From: Octopus bimaculoides
Lineage: Eukaryota
Direction: 5' to 3'
Length of the DNA stretch: 42,895 bases
Assembly (NCBI RefSeq): GCF_001194135.2
Contig: NC_068982.1
Location: forward strand, 96,065,988-96,108,882
Every line of letters starts with the position of its first letter. Positions within the stretch are counted from its first letter, which is position 1. The notes under the pieces were generated by a model. It had not been told where the DNA came from and ran no database searches. It saw only the letters and a list, made by a program, of their open reading frames with translations. Shown in pieces: positions 25,445 through 37,129 of this stretch. Position numbers and translations under genes: made by a program.

Positions 25445-26792
25445 TGTGCTGCAGGGATAATGTCAGTGAACCATGCTATGCAGTTAACAGGGGCCTTTGG
25501 ATTTGAACTTACTCCTGTTTTGGATTACTTTCCCTATTTATTCGGATAAATAAATAACTTGTGGATTTAATGCAAATAGTATTTTCCATACAGATATCAC
25601 GAAATGAGAAAGAGTAGAATTAAAAAAAAAAGAATCATGTTAGCAAAATTTTTTAAATGATGGAAGGTACAAGTGCTATTTATATACACATGTACACAAT
25701 TGCATGCATACATAGCAACTATCACTGAGTGTGATCTCTTTTCTCCATTCAACAAGTCATTTCACACCTTCAATTTTCAGGGCATTTCAAGTTCAACAGT
25801 TCCACCATCTTCTGCTCCTGTCAGATACACTTTACAATTAACAGTACAGTCAAAACAGTTATGACGTAAAGCCCAAATTTATTCGGTCAAAATTACTTGT
25901 ATTATGTGGCATCACTGCAATCATGAAACTCAGAGATGTCCTACATTCTATAACAATGTAGGATTATTCAACTGAAAATTTTCACTGCACTGTTAAAAAA
26001 ATAAACTCACAGAAAGACTTATCTAAGACATGGCTAAATTTTTAAATCTAAACAAGAAACAAGAACTAGCTAAAGATTTCCCTCTAAAGCTCAGTTTGCA
26101 TCTTCCTTCAAGTAAATTCTTCCCAAAGATGACTCAGAAACTGAACGCTTAAAATTGGTTTTTATTAACAGAATTGCTCAGACAAAAATGTTCTCTATTA
26201 TCAGTAACTGGAGAAATTGATGGTGAATTGCTAGGAACTAATGCTGTCAATATTCAATTTCCAACACTGCTAAATCACGCTAATCTTCATAACAACTTTG
26301 AGTAGTATAACACCACCATGTAGGACATGCAGAAACTCAAAAGGTGTCCACAAACAAATGATTTATTTTTTTATGGATGAATTAACGTTACATTTGTAGT
26401 TTTCAAATAATTTTGTTCTATACTTTATTATAAATAGATACGCATGCTCAGTAAACGATGGGTCTAAATAAAACGTGTTTGCCGTTTCTATCCGCAATTC
26501 AGCTTTAGTGTGCTGCAGGAATAACATCAGTGAACCACACTTCGCAGTTAACAGAGGCCTTCGGATTTGAACTTACTCCTGTTTTGGATTACTTTCCCTA
26601 TTTATTCGGATAAATAAATAACCTGTGGACTTAATTAATGTAAATAGTACTTTCCATACAGATATTACCGAATGAGAAAGAGCAGAGTTTAAAAAAAAGA
26701 ATCATGTTAGCAAAATTTTTGAAATGAAGGAAGGTACGAAGGTAACAAGTGCTATTTATATATACACATGCACACAATTGCATACATACATA
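25445..26792. repeat. local duplication of ~270 bp (25445-25714 and 26509-26792) with a 60-nt identical core
   Basis: The flanks show multiple substitutions and indels, while 25499-25558 is identical to 26563-26622. Confidence 0.9.
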
Positions 26793-28097
26793 CATAGGAA
26801 TAAACACATGTAATAGATACACATATGTACATAAACGTATATCCACAAACATTTACATACAACTCTGTTAAAAGAAATACTAATTAAATTCAATTACAGA
26901 AAGACTAATTAACGAGAAATATTAACCGAATTAACACACTATCACAATAGACGTACAGTGAATGCTATTTCTTTTTTAATCTGATACACATTTACATCGT
27001 CACATACTCATACGGAAGGACGTTAACCTGAGGCGTAAAAACAACATCAACAATAATAAAGAGTTGAAGAATTATGTAATATTCTGATAGAAGTGAGGGT
27101 ATAGATTCAGTAAAACAGGGTCAGAAATGGTCACTGTACCCTAACAGTTAAAACTACAAGGTTCATAGAACAAAAGCAGGGTAATTTGGCCCAATTCTAT
27201 TTTGGAATGAGGTAGTGGGAGGGGGAGGAACAAGCTGGGATTGATAATTAAATTATAACTTTCAATTAGTCGACTGTCAGCCAGGATATTTGCACTCAGA
27301 CTAAATATTCATGACATTGCAATGCACTGATTGTTTACTTTAAAGGAAAAACGTTAATCCAAAAACTAAATTTTACTAATCAGGCAAGTCAACGGTTCAA
27401 AACACTGGCCTATAATCTTTTACATTTAGACTAAATTTAGAAATGTTTTCCTCTTGTTTAGCTCCAGAACAGATCTGAATTGGGCAGACGATTAATCAAA
27501 AGGGCTCCTCATTTTCAGACATTGCATCGTAACCCAACATTTATTATTTTTAAGACGGCAGGGCAAGTTGGCTGTTATTTCTAGCATATCGAGCAACCAC
27601 ATTGCGGCGTCTTTGATGACTCATGAGCATGTGTATTGTTCCGGTGTCTTGTTTATTTAAGAATTCGGACATAAACACCTTCGATTGGTACTAAATCAAT
27701 CGGTAACAGACTGCAGCAATACAAAACAGTAAACACAAACAAGGAAAAATATTACTGAAGCATTGATACAAATATATTTTAATATGAAAACATGAATTAA
27801 TAAATTAGATATCCTCCTAAAAAGGTAATAAACCTGACTATTAGCCTTTCTGGGCAAATGTTCCCCTCATGCTAGTCAAATTAGGAGGCCACTTCTCAGA
27901 AAGTCGGAGATAATTGTCGAGAAATAAAACAAACGAACACATACAAAAAGGGTAAGTTCCACCTTCAAAAAGAAGGACACGATAGATAATATAGTCTAGT
28001 CTTAGATACACAGTGATCGGTAAAAAGACTGGTTAATCATGGTCCGAATGCCTCTGATCATAGATCTGCTCAGTCAAGACTGACTCAGGGCTAAACG

Positions 28098-28491
28098 CTG
28101 GGCAAAATGCTTAGCGGTATTTCGTCCGCTTTACGATCTGAGTTCAAATTCCGCCGAGGTCGACTTTGCCTTTCGAAGTACCTGTTGAGCACAAGTCGAT
28201 ATAATCGACTTACCCCCGCCCCGGAAATTGCTGGCCTTGAGCTAAAAATTGAAACCAATATTTTACACAATATAGAAAGCGGCGAGCTGGCGAATCGCCA
28301 ATGCACCCGGACAAAATGCATAGCGGCATTTCTTCCGACTTTACATTCTGAGTTCAACTGACCCCGATGTAGACTTGGTTTTTCATCCTTCCCGGGTCAA
28401 TAAAATAAGTACCAGTTGAGTACTTGGATCGATGTAATCGACGAGTCCCATCCCCGAAATTGCTGACCTTGTACCAAAATTCGAAACCAAT
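28098..28491 (+). mobile_element. two head-to-tail SINE family D copies followed by (TACA)n
   Basis: The unit CAAAATGC.TAGCGG.ATTTC.TCCG...CTGAGTTCAA...GAAATTGCTG.CCTTG...AAAA.T.GAAACCAATA occurs twice. Confidence 0.8.
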
Positions 28492-30502
28492 ACATACATA
28501 CATACATACATACATAGGTGTGTATGTGTGTTACGTCGATGTTGTGTTAAAATTGTTTCCATAACAGCATAATGTTTTCTAAAAGAATACAAGAATAAAA
28601 GTCATAGAAACTATATAAATCTTATATATATATATGAAAAAAAAAAAAAACCGAACTTCCGAGCAGTTCTATAAATTTAGAGATGCGTTTATGAGCTGGA
28701 CTAGGAATTCTATGTGTTGGGTGTCAGACATTCCACATTCTAGTATAATACATACATGCAATCAGTGCCTGTGGTATAAGTTCGATATCTGGTTGATTCA
28801 GTTCCATACACTTAGCATTCGTGTGTAGTAGCTCGGAGACGAAGAACAGAAAAGGCCGAACGATCCATTTAAGGTTATAGGACGTTTCTATTCCATTCAT
28901 TTGTAAACATGCTCCTCTCTCTCTCTCTTTGTGTGTCTACCAGCTAGTTGGTCAAGAGTTCAAATCCATGGAAGGTATTTTTTTAATTCATTCTCACTAT
29001 AATGTCCTTTGTTCTGTCTAAATGTTGGAGCCAGTTCTTTCAGGAATATTATTTTCAATGAACCGACTTTCTGTCCAGAAAACATCTATCGTCTAAACCC
29101 ACAATGCATAAGCACAACAGGACTCATAGGTTTTAATTATATATCCTTCGTTTACTACCACACATATATATGACTAGTCAGACACAGACAAATACATTTA
29201 TAGACGGACAGAAATATAAATGAAGCAAAAAGTCAGTCACATATATAGGAAGATACTAATTAAGTTTTGGAGTGCGATTCGAAAGTGTGTGGGTTTTTGT
29301 TTTTTTTTAGTTTATTTTTGAATTTGGGGGAACGATCTTTTAGTTTCTGTTTTGGCAGGTCTCAACACGCCAGTCTTCCACACCCCATCGTGCATTAAGA
29401 ATAACATCATAAAAAGTGATATTTCAATTTAAGACAATTTCAGGATAATATCGAAATTAAAATAGTGAACCATTTTAATTTTATATATTCAGTTTAAACA
29501 GTTTGTAAAAGCTTTTGCAATGAGAAAAATAGAATTGTATTGTAACGTAAAGGGGTAAAATACCTCAGAGAGAGAGGGTGGGTGGGTGGCAGCTATTCTA
29601 CTACCACTGAAAAGTATTTCTAGACACGAGTCAACGAAGGACTATATACATAAATCGAAATAGCAGCTAAATTGCCCTTCATTCTCTTAAAAACGAAAGA
29701 TTATTTTAAAAAATCTGCTCGATCTAAACTGACTTCCAATTAGCTGAGATAAACAAAAAACTATATTTCTACATAAACGGTTATGATTCGCAGCTGAAGC
29801 CATTCCTTTCATTTAGTATTGCATATGCTTTTAGTAAAGGCATAAGCAACACACTCATTTCTACACCCCCTAGAAATATGTCACTTTGTGTCGAAGTAAA
29901 AAAAGAAACATATCAACACACGATTTCGGTTCTAAGCCAGAATTGGAACCGTTTTTATCATATAAGGGTTCCACCTGACAAGTCTCCGAACACCAACATG
30001 AGCTTTATGGTCTTGGCAGATGCTATTCATGTATATATTATACTTTATGATCCTTACAATATAGGAAAAGGCATAATCATCACAACTTTCATCTCCCTTT
30101 CACTATGCCCAATCAAAAAAAAAAAAAAAAAAAAAAAACATCTGCTGAAACAACCATAAAACATTCAGCTTCGCCTTCCTATATTTTAGGTTCGAGGCAG
30201 AGGGCGATCCTTGAATATAGTTCAAATCTCACAATGTTTGCCTTCAGCTTTCATCTCTCAAAGACCGACGGAGATGATTTTCATAAACTCTTCTTTCCTC
30301 ACAAAAACAAAACGGGCCGTACTCCAAGACAATAGAAATCAACATTGTTCTATACAAAGACCACACACAAAACAAAATATAAATAGACGTGCAAGCAACA
30401 GATAACAAATGAGCTAATTCAGAACAATCTACAAGTCACTTCGTAAAGTCTTATCTGGTCGGTCTAATACAACATAGAAGGAACCAATTCGACCTCACTC
30501 AC

Positions 30503-30512
30503 CTGTATTTTC
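30503..30512 (-). other. candidate 10-nt non-coding micro-exon, or donor of a longer 5'UTR exon, of the TCP11-like gene
   Basis: ttacctttctctactccccag|GAAAATACAG|gtgagt: a strong polypyrimidine acceptor and a strong donor 10 nt apart. Confidence 0.35.
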
Positions 30513-31031
30513 CTGGGGAGTAGAGAAAGGTAATTTAACCCACACGGAACCACAATAATTCAAGAAGACTATTTTTGTTATTATTATTCTGACTTATATT
30601 TTGGTTCTTTTTGAAATTGAGGCATGAAAAATGGAATATGCTATAAATTTTTGAAAAAATAAAGCTTTGATCTTGTTGTCGAACGTACACAATATATTAT
30701 ATGCCTTGTTCGACTTGGCGTTCTGTGAATGATTATCGTGGTTCTTCTGTTTTTTTGGTTTTGTTGATTGGTTATTTTTTAAAAAACCACAACAAAAGGT
30801 TGGTTGGTTGGTTGGCTGGTTGGTTAGATTAGTTGACGTTAGAACAATTACGAAGTACAAACTATGTTACGTTCAAACATTTATATAGAGTACACATTTA
30901 GGGGTCTATATGTTGAAGTTGAGTTGATTCTACAAAACCACTGCCCTCTTATCTAAACATATATGTAAGTATATATATTATATATGTGGTATACATATGC
31001 GATGTAATTACGATGGGCATAAGAGCACACA

Positions 31032-31093
31032 AACTAACGCTCAAATGTTGTTTACGGAAGTGACGTCACAACCACTAGTGATACATTGATTGG
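31032..31093 (-). promoter_or_regulatory. candidate promoter: ETS-CRE composite, CCAAT box and initiator-like element
   Basis: CGGAAGTGACGTCA at 31055-31068 (ETS core overlapping a palindromic CRE), ATTGG at 31089-31093, and TTAGTT on the minus strand at 31032-31037. It lies in CpG-retaining DNA upstream of the TCP11-like start exon. Confidence 0.5.
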
Positions 31094-31596
31094 TTGATTA
31101 TAACTTGTTGTTATTGTCCTCCCTATCCTTCTACAACGCACATAAGCAGACCTCAAAATACGGCTAGAAAGAGAGAGGGAGAGAGAAGAAGAACGGACAA
31201 ATAAGATAAAACACATGATATGATGGAGCGGGGAGGAATAGAAAGTGAGAGGTGATATGGAAAGTAAGAATAAGGTATGAGAAAGCTAGAGATACCGAAA
31301 AAAAAAACAAACAAAAGAGAAAGAGTTATATCTAAATTCTACCGTTAGGTATTGCTGTTTTGTCTTTTTTATGGTTTTGTTGTCAACGTAATCGAAGCAA
31401 TGTCTTTCAAGTAAATTTTGCTGTAAAATCATATCAATCGAAGAATAGTAAGAGATAAAACGTTATATTTCATTGAGAAGAACCATAAAAAGGGGGATGA
31501 AGACAAGAGCGCTGAAAAAAAATGCCTTGCAACGATAGGGTAGATTCCCCCACCCTCACCCCTCTTGGTTGTGAGTTCAAATCCCATAGGGGTCAA

Positions 31597-32126
31597 CTTT
31601 ACTTTGTTTCGTTCAAGTCGCACATCTTTAAATAACGTGTTTATGCCTGAGGAAATTAATCTGAATTGAAGGGAAAATTCAAAAAACGAAATTGATGTTC
31701 AGCCTGAAGTCAGTCTTGCACAAGCTGTGCTAGGGTAAAAGGCATTTTAGCCGTTACCCTCCGGTCTTTTATCCAATGTTTGTAGAACTACATTATTTTC
31801 AGACGGTTGGGTGTGATTTGCGTGAAGTCTTGGTAACATTTCGAGAGGAGAAGTAATAGCTTGAAGGGTGATGCTCAGTTGGATGTTTGGCTGAGTCGAG
31901 ACTCGATTTATTAACAGCCATCAGCTGGTCACATTTCTGCAACTATCTTTGACCATCTGCTATTTATGATCCAAGGCAATTTTTGTACGACTTACAATCG
32001 ATTGAATCGTCGCTTTATTAGTAATTCTGGATTATGTAAGTCAATTTCGTTGATATATGAATAAATTAATGTAAGGCACCTAGCTTAGATATAACTCTTT
32101 ACTTTGTTTCGTTCAAGTCGCACATC
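31597..32126. repeat. perfect 30-bp direct repeat (31597-31626 and 32097-32126)
   Basis: CTTTACTTTGTTTCGTTCAAGTCGCACATC occurs twice, offset by 500 bp. Confidence 0.9.
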
Positions 32127-32273
32127 GTTATTATTTTGAAAAAAAATTTTTTTTTCACTGACATTGACATTTATTATATAAGAGTGTTTACCGTTTTACA
32201 AAATTAATAAGAAATATATAAAATCTGAAAGGGGTGGTAAGGCTCATAAATTTCTTGTTTGAAAATAATGTGG

Positions 32274-32854
32274 NNNNNNNNNNNNNNNNNNNNNNNNNNN
32301 NNNNNNNNNNNNNNNNNNNNNNNNNNNNNNNNNNNNNNNNNNNNNNNNNNNNNNNNNNNNNNNNNNNNNNNNNNNNNNNNNNNNNNNNNNNNNNNNNNNN
32401 NNNNNNNNNNNNNNNNNNNNNNNNNNNNNNNNNNNNNNNNNNNNNNNNNNNNNNNNNNNNNNNNNNNNNNNNNNNNNNNNNNNNNNNNNNNNNNNNNNNN
32501 NNNNNNNNNNNNNNNNNNNNNNNNNNNNNNNNNNNNNNNNNNNNNNNNNNNNNNNNNNNNNNNNNNNNNNNNNNNNNNNNNNNNNNNNNNNNNNNNNNNN
32601 NNNNNNNNNNNNNNNNNNNNNNNNNNNNNNNNNNNNNNNNNNNNNNNNNNNNNNNNNNNNNNNNNNNNNNNNNNNNNNNNNNNNNNNNNNNNNNNNNNNN
32701 NNNNNNNNNNNNNNNNNNNNNNNNNNNNNNNNNNNNNNNNNNNNNNNNNNNNNNNNNNNNNNNNNNNNNNNNNNNNNNNNNNNNNNNNNNNNNNNNNNNN
32801 NNNNNNNNNNNNNNNNNNNNNNNNNNNNNNNNNNNNNNNNNNNNNNNNNNNNNN
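32274..32854. other. assembly gap (N run)
   Basis: N run. Confidence 1.
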
Positions 32855-32873
32855 ACCTTTGCGGAGAGTAACC

Positions 32874-33254
32874 ATGCCACGCACAAAAAATTCAGCAGAA
32901 CTGTCAGATTTTCAAAAAGGTCGTACTGTTGGGCAATCTGAGGCTGGTCTTAGCCAGCGAAAAATTGCCGAAAATCTTCAAATTGCTCTTGCTACTATTA
33001 ATAGAATTATAGTGCAATTCAAAAGCCAAGGAAAATAATCAACAGATTCTCGTCCCGGACGACCTGGACCCTCGGAAAGGAAGTTTCGCTGTTTGAAGAG
33101 AATTGTGGAAAACGAACCCCGTTCGAAGGCTTCTGACATTGCAAAACAATTAGAAGTTAGTGCAAGAACGTGTGTTACATATCTGCATAAGCTTGGGTAT
33201 TATGGACGAGCAGCTAGAAGAAAACCTCTCTTTCAACCAATTAGTATCAAATAA
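32874..33254 (+). pseudogene. Tc1-family transposase N-terminal DNA-binding region with premature stops
   Basis: [125 protein letters not shown]: paired-like HTH, GRP motif and R..RKKP-like motif. No DDE domain visible. Confidence 0.85.
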
Positions 33255-33699
33255 AAGATTTTGAAAATTAAAGTTGTCTATTTACTTCTTGCATGCCTGT
33301 GTATATCCTGTTTTTGTACTTTTTTACGATTCGTATATTTGATTGATAATACTGGCAATCTCCAGCATATGAAATAAATAAGTGAATAAATAAGTGAAGA
33401 AATAAATTTGCCCTAAACTGCCGAGAACGTCGATAAAACAAGTTAATAAATGATAGTTACGAGACCTATAACGAAATATTACTCCTAAAAGTAGGTAGTA
33501 GTTTTATGGTAGATCATCGAATTCGATGATAACTATTTCCTTCAGTTGTAGATTCTTTCATAATTACATCTGTGAAAAGTTTATTGCTTTCACAGTGTTT
33601 ACTGTTTTACAAAATTAAATTAGAAAACTGGATAAAACAGAGAACACAGTTGAAACAATTAAAAAGAAAAAAAAAACCCAAACAATTCACTACATTGAG

Positions 33700-35150
33700 T
33701 TGAACAGTTGGGGGTGCTAGGAAACCTCTCTTATGGTTATTGAGGCACACCAGCGCGCTTGCAGCGTTGCCGCGAGTATGGATAGGCTGATGCGCTGGAA
33801 CAGTCAAGCGGTCTCACGAGCCTTACCAGTTACCTCTGCAAGGCAAGTTGCCAGTGAAGACAGGAATCTCGCAATTAGTGGTCCGACCCCACCAAACGTC
33901 TCAAATGCCACAGGATGGAAAATACAGTTGGCCGACAGATCGTGGTATTGCAGGATTTTGTTCCGCTCCGCCGCAGAAATTGAGGAACTCGCCCTGACCG
34001 CAGCATCCAGGATGTGAGAAGAAGCAAAGGAGTCGCTAACTGTGACATGCCAGACAAGGCATCTGCCTTGCGACCAGGGACACAGGGTGAGACCGTAATG
34101 ACTCTTCCCATCACATCTGGACAACCCAGACGGTTCCAAGATGGAGGAGATGTTTGCGCGGGCCAAGCTCCTCTTGAGTTTCAGTTTCAACTCCGTATGA
34201 CGCGCGAAGCGACTAGCATTCGGGCGGCAAGAAAGGCCATAGAGGCCTGTGGAGTCGAGAAGCCTGCCACAACGACAGGTCAAAACCGTGCATACGTCAG
34301 CTCCTACTCTGAGAGCAATGGAGACACAAAGTTCGTCCAAGCTGAGTAGGCCACCAACATTAGCCACAGGGATTGCATCAATTCAGTTGCCTGAGTATTT
34401 TGACACTAACAGACAGTAAGTGGCATCTTGAAAACTGGTCCGACTGGATGAAGAGGGAGTCGAAGATGGCCTTCGAAATTATGTTGTCCCAAGCTCTCTG
34501 ACTCCGACAGTCCTCCACCTTCTCAGGAGCAAACAAGCCCAATTCCATCCAGTGTTGGAGACTTTCACCCAACTCCCTGTTGGAAATGGTCCATGTTGGA
34601 GAGGAGAGAATGCTGCTCACCAGGGTGGAGCAGGCGTGGATGGAGGAAAAGAAGCAGGGGAGAGAGAGGGACGAACACTTACGAAGATCAAGGCCTCCAA
34701 ATCGCTTGGGCAATGCAGCCTGATTGCGGGACGTTGGAGAAAGTCTGACATTGACTAAGCATTCGAGTCACTCAAAGATTAAGTTGTCGAAGCATTGGAG
34801 ACACGATGGGAATCAGTATGATGAGCTGACTTTGAGCAAATATAGAGAGGTAATTCCTAAGTATGAAAATATAGAGCAGTAATTCCTGAGTATGAAAAAA
34901 CCTTGATAGGGTTCGATAGCTTCAATATTTTTCAGCAATTGCACAAGAACAGCCACCATCGACTGGAAGATGGACTCAAGGCAAGGTCAGTAATTGAGGC
35001 TTCTAGGAAGCACCAAGCCGATGGGGGAATTACTGCAATAGAAGGGAAGGACTCTGCAAAAAGGTCAATAGTTGGTTGATGTTGAGAAGCCGGTTGGTTG
35101 AGGATCCAGAGCTCACATTTGGAGCTGTTTACTTGGAGACCCCAGCAATT
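33700..35150 (-). mobile_element. CRE-clade (restriction-like endonuclease) non-LTR retrotransposon, 5'-truncated and decayed
   Basis: In order on the minus strand: VNSSKCEL (end of RT), QAALPKRFGGLDLR (thumb), CRCGRLLDSTGLYGLSC...RH (CCHC knuckle, H to Y), LEPSGL...GLTLCPWSQGRCLVWHVT...AAERNKILQY...FHPVAFETFG (RLE) and LFQRISL..RGNAAS (CRE-type C-terminus). Confidence 0.8.
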
Positions 35151-35199
35151 ATTGATATTTAGTTACAGTCACAGACAAAACATGTGACTGCTTAGAAAA

Positions 35200-35780
35200 A
35201 ACTCGATATTAATCCGAGAGCTTTCCTTTTCTATATCGTCAATCTCCATCTATGAGGGAGGACATCAACGTGAAAGGTTGGTAGCGATCTTCTGCTTTTG
35301 AAGACTTTGATGCTACTCCACTTCAAAATAGATTACTCCTTTCTAAAGTGGTGCTTACTTGATCTTTGAATTGCTTCTTTAGTTCTCTAGTCAAGCGATG
35401 ACCACAGTGTAGTTAGCCACAGAGGATCCTGTTCTGCAGAAGTGGTTTGAGTCAGACATGAGCATTACATGTCAGAGTTATCTCAGCTGTTGCCCGTAGT
35501 GTATGGATTCAATGCTGCTGATGTTAGTTCGACACAGGGTTTTGTGCGTAATCCTATCTCGTCAGGTGACTGAAAGGATCTTCTGAAGACACTGGATGAT
35601 AAAGACCCCGAGGTCCTTAATGTGTTCACTGTATGTAGTTCATGTTTGCAGGGGAGTGGAAAGCAGTTTTTCTGGAATATAAACTACATCACCAGTCTTC
35701 AGTTATCAATCATCAGCTCAATAATCTACTTATATCATAGCTTAGTGGCAGTCGATTACCTTTAAGTATCCATCAAGTCT
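35200..35780 (-). mobile_element. decayed CR1/L2-like LINE RT C-terminal fragment
   Basis: EHIKDLGVFI motif (cf. KDLGV.ID) with frameshifted downstream remnants. Confidence 0.4.
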
Positions 35781-36307
35781 AAAGTTGATCGTGACTCCTG
35801 CCACTTTTCGTATTTTTCAGTGTAGTAGTGTGTTCATACAAATAATGAAAATATTAAAATGTACAGAATCCAGCATGTAAATTCATCTAACTCATCTTCT
35901 TACACTGAAGGGCTCAACATCACATGAATAGCTAGGCCACCAAGCTTTAACCTTTAGGCGATTGCGTGAAACTAATTCTGCAGGGGATATTTGACATGAC
36001 CACTTAATAATTTCTGCCAAGGTACTGTTAATGAAAAAATAAAATCGCCATTGCAAAGGAGACCGTTTTCCAGCTTCCATAGAGGGTGCCAACGTGCTAC
36101 CATCTGATAGCACATGCTTTGATATGCCTTGGCAGATATGTATTCTCTTTCAATTAAATGCTAGTGTTACCGTTTTTCAGTTAAATGCTAGCCTTAAAAT
36201 CTTTTAGCATACTGGTATTTTTTGATAGGCACAATGGAGTTTATTAGGTTTGTACTATTAATATTTTGAAGACATCAGTCCCAACAAAACCATAACTTTT
36301 ATCATCG

Positions 36308-36440
36308 TTCGCGTAGCTAGGTGGGGATGACAGGGGCGGCACTTTTGAGTCTGCTGTAGGCAATATGTTTTTTTGTGGGGTCCGGGGGCGGAAAACGGAA
36401 GGGCCACCCCAGGCGGCACACACTCTAGCTACGTTAGTGC
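36308..36440. mobile_element. short degenerate hAT-like MITE
   Basis: GCGTAGCTAG at the left end and CTAGCTACGTTAGTG at the right end, resembling CAGTGGCGTAGCTAG TIRs. GC-rich interior. Confidence 0.45.
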
Positions 36441-37129
36441 GACCACTGCTGCTATAATTTTATATCAAATGCTTTAAAAAGGCTCAAAGCTTTAATGCAC
36501 TAAACAGGTGAAGTTGCAAATGGTTTTTGCAAAGTAAAAGTTAATCAAAGAGTATCTTGATTTTGGGATTTAAGGTAACCTCGTTAACCATACAATTTAC
36601 CTACTTAAACTGACATTCAGTTAAACTTGAAGCAAGACGGGAATTCTCTTTGCCCTACCATCTATTCAACACATTCTACACTTCTATTTTTAAAACTATG
36701 AATTAATGAAAAATAGTTGCTTTGCTATTCAATTCGCATTTCTTTTTTAAATACATCTTTAGAAAATTTCTTCATTTTCAGTTGGTGATAAATAAAGCAA
36801 CAGTTGGTTCTACTTCATGAGTATACCATGCATCGCGCGGCATGTTTTCCAACTGCGAATAAAACATTGCTTGACCCGCATTGTCGACATATCGTATTTG
36901 ATTGCTCCCAAGAACAAATGTCTCAAAAAAATCACCCTGAATCCTATATACAAAATTGAGCTTTCCATTAGTTTTAATGCATTAAAACATTTTTCTTGAA
37001 TATGCGCTGCGCAAATTAGGGTGTGTCTTTTATATCATCAAATACGGTAGTTTCTTTCTTTTACCAACATCCATCGCCTTTTAGTAGTCTTTATATGAAA
37101 ACTATCATCATTTAGATTCACAAAACTGA

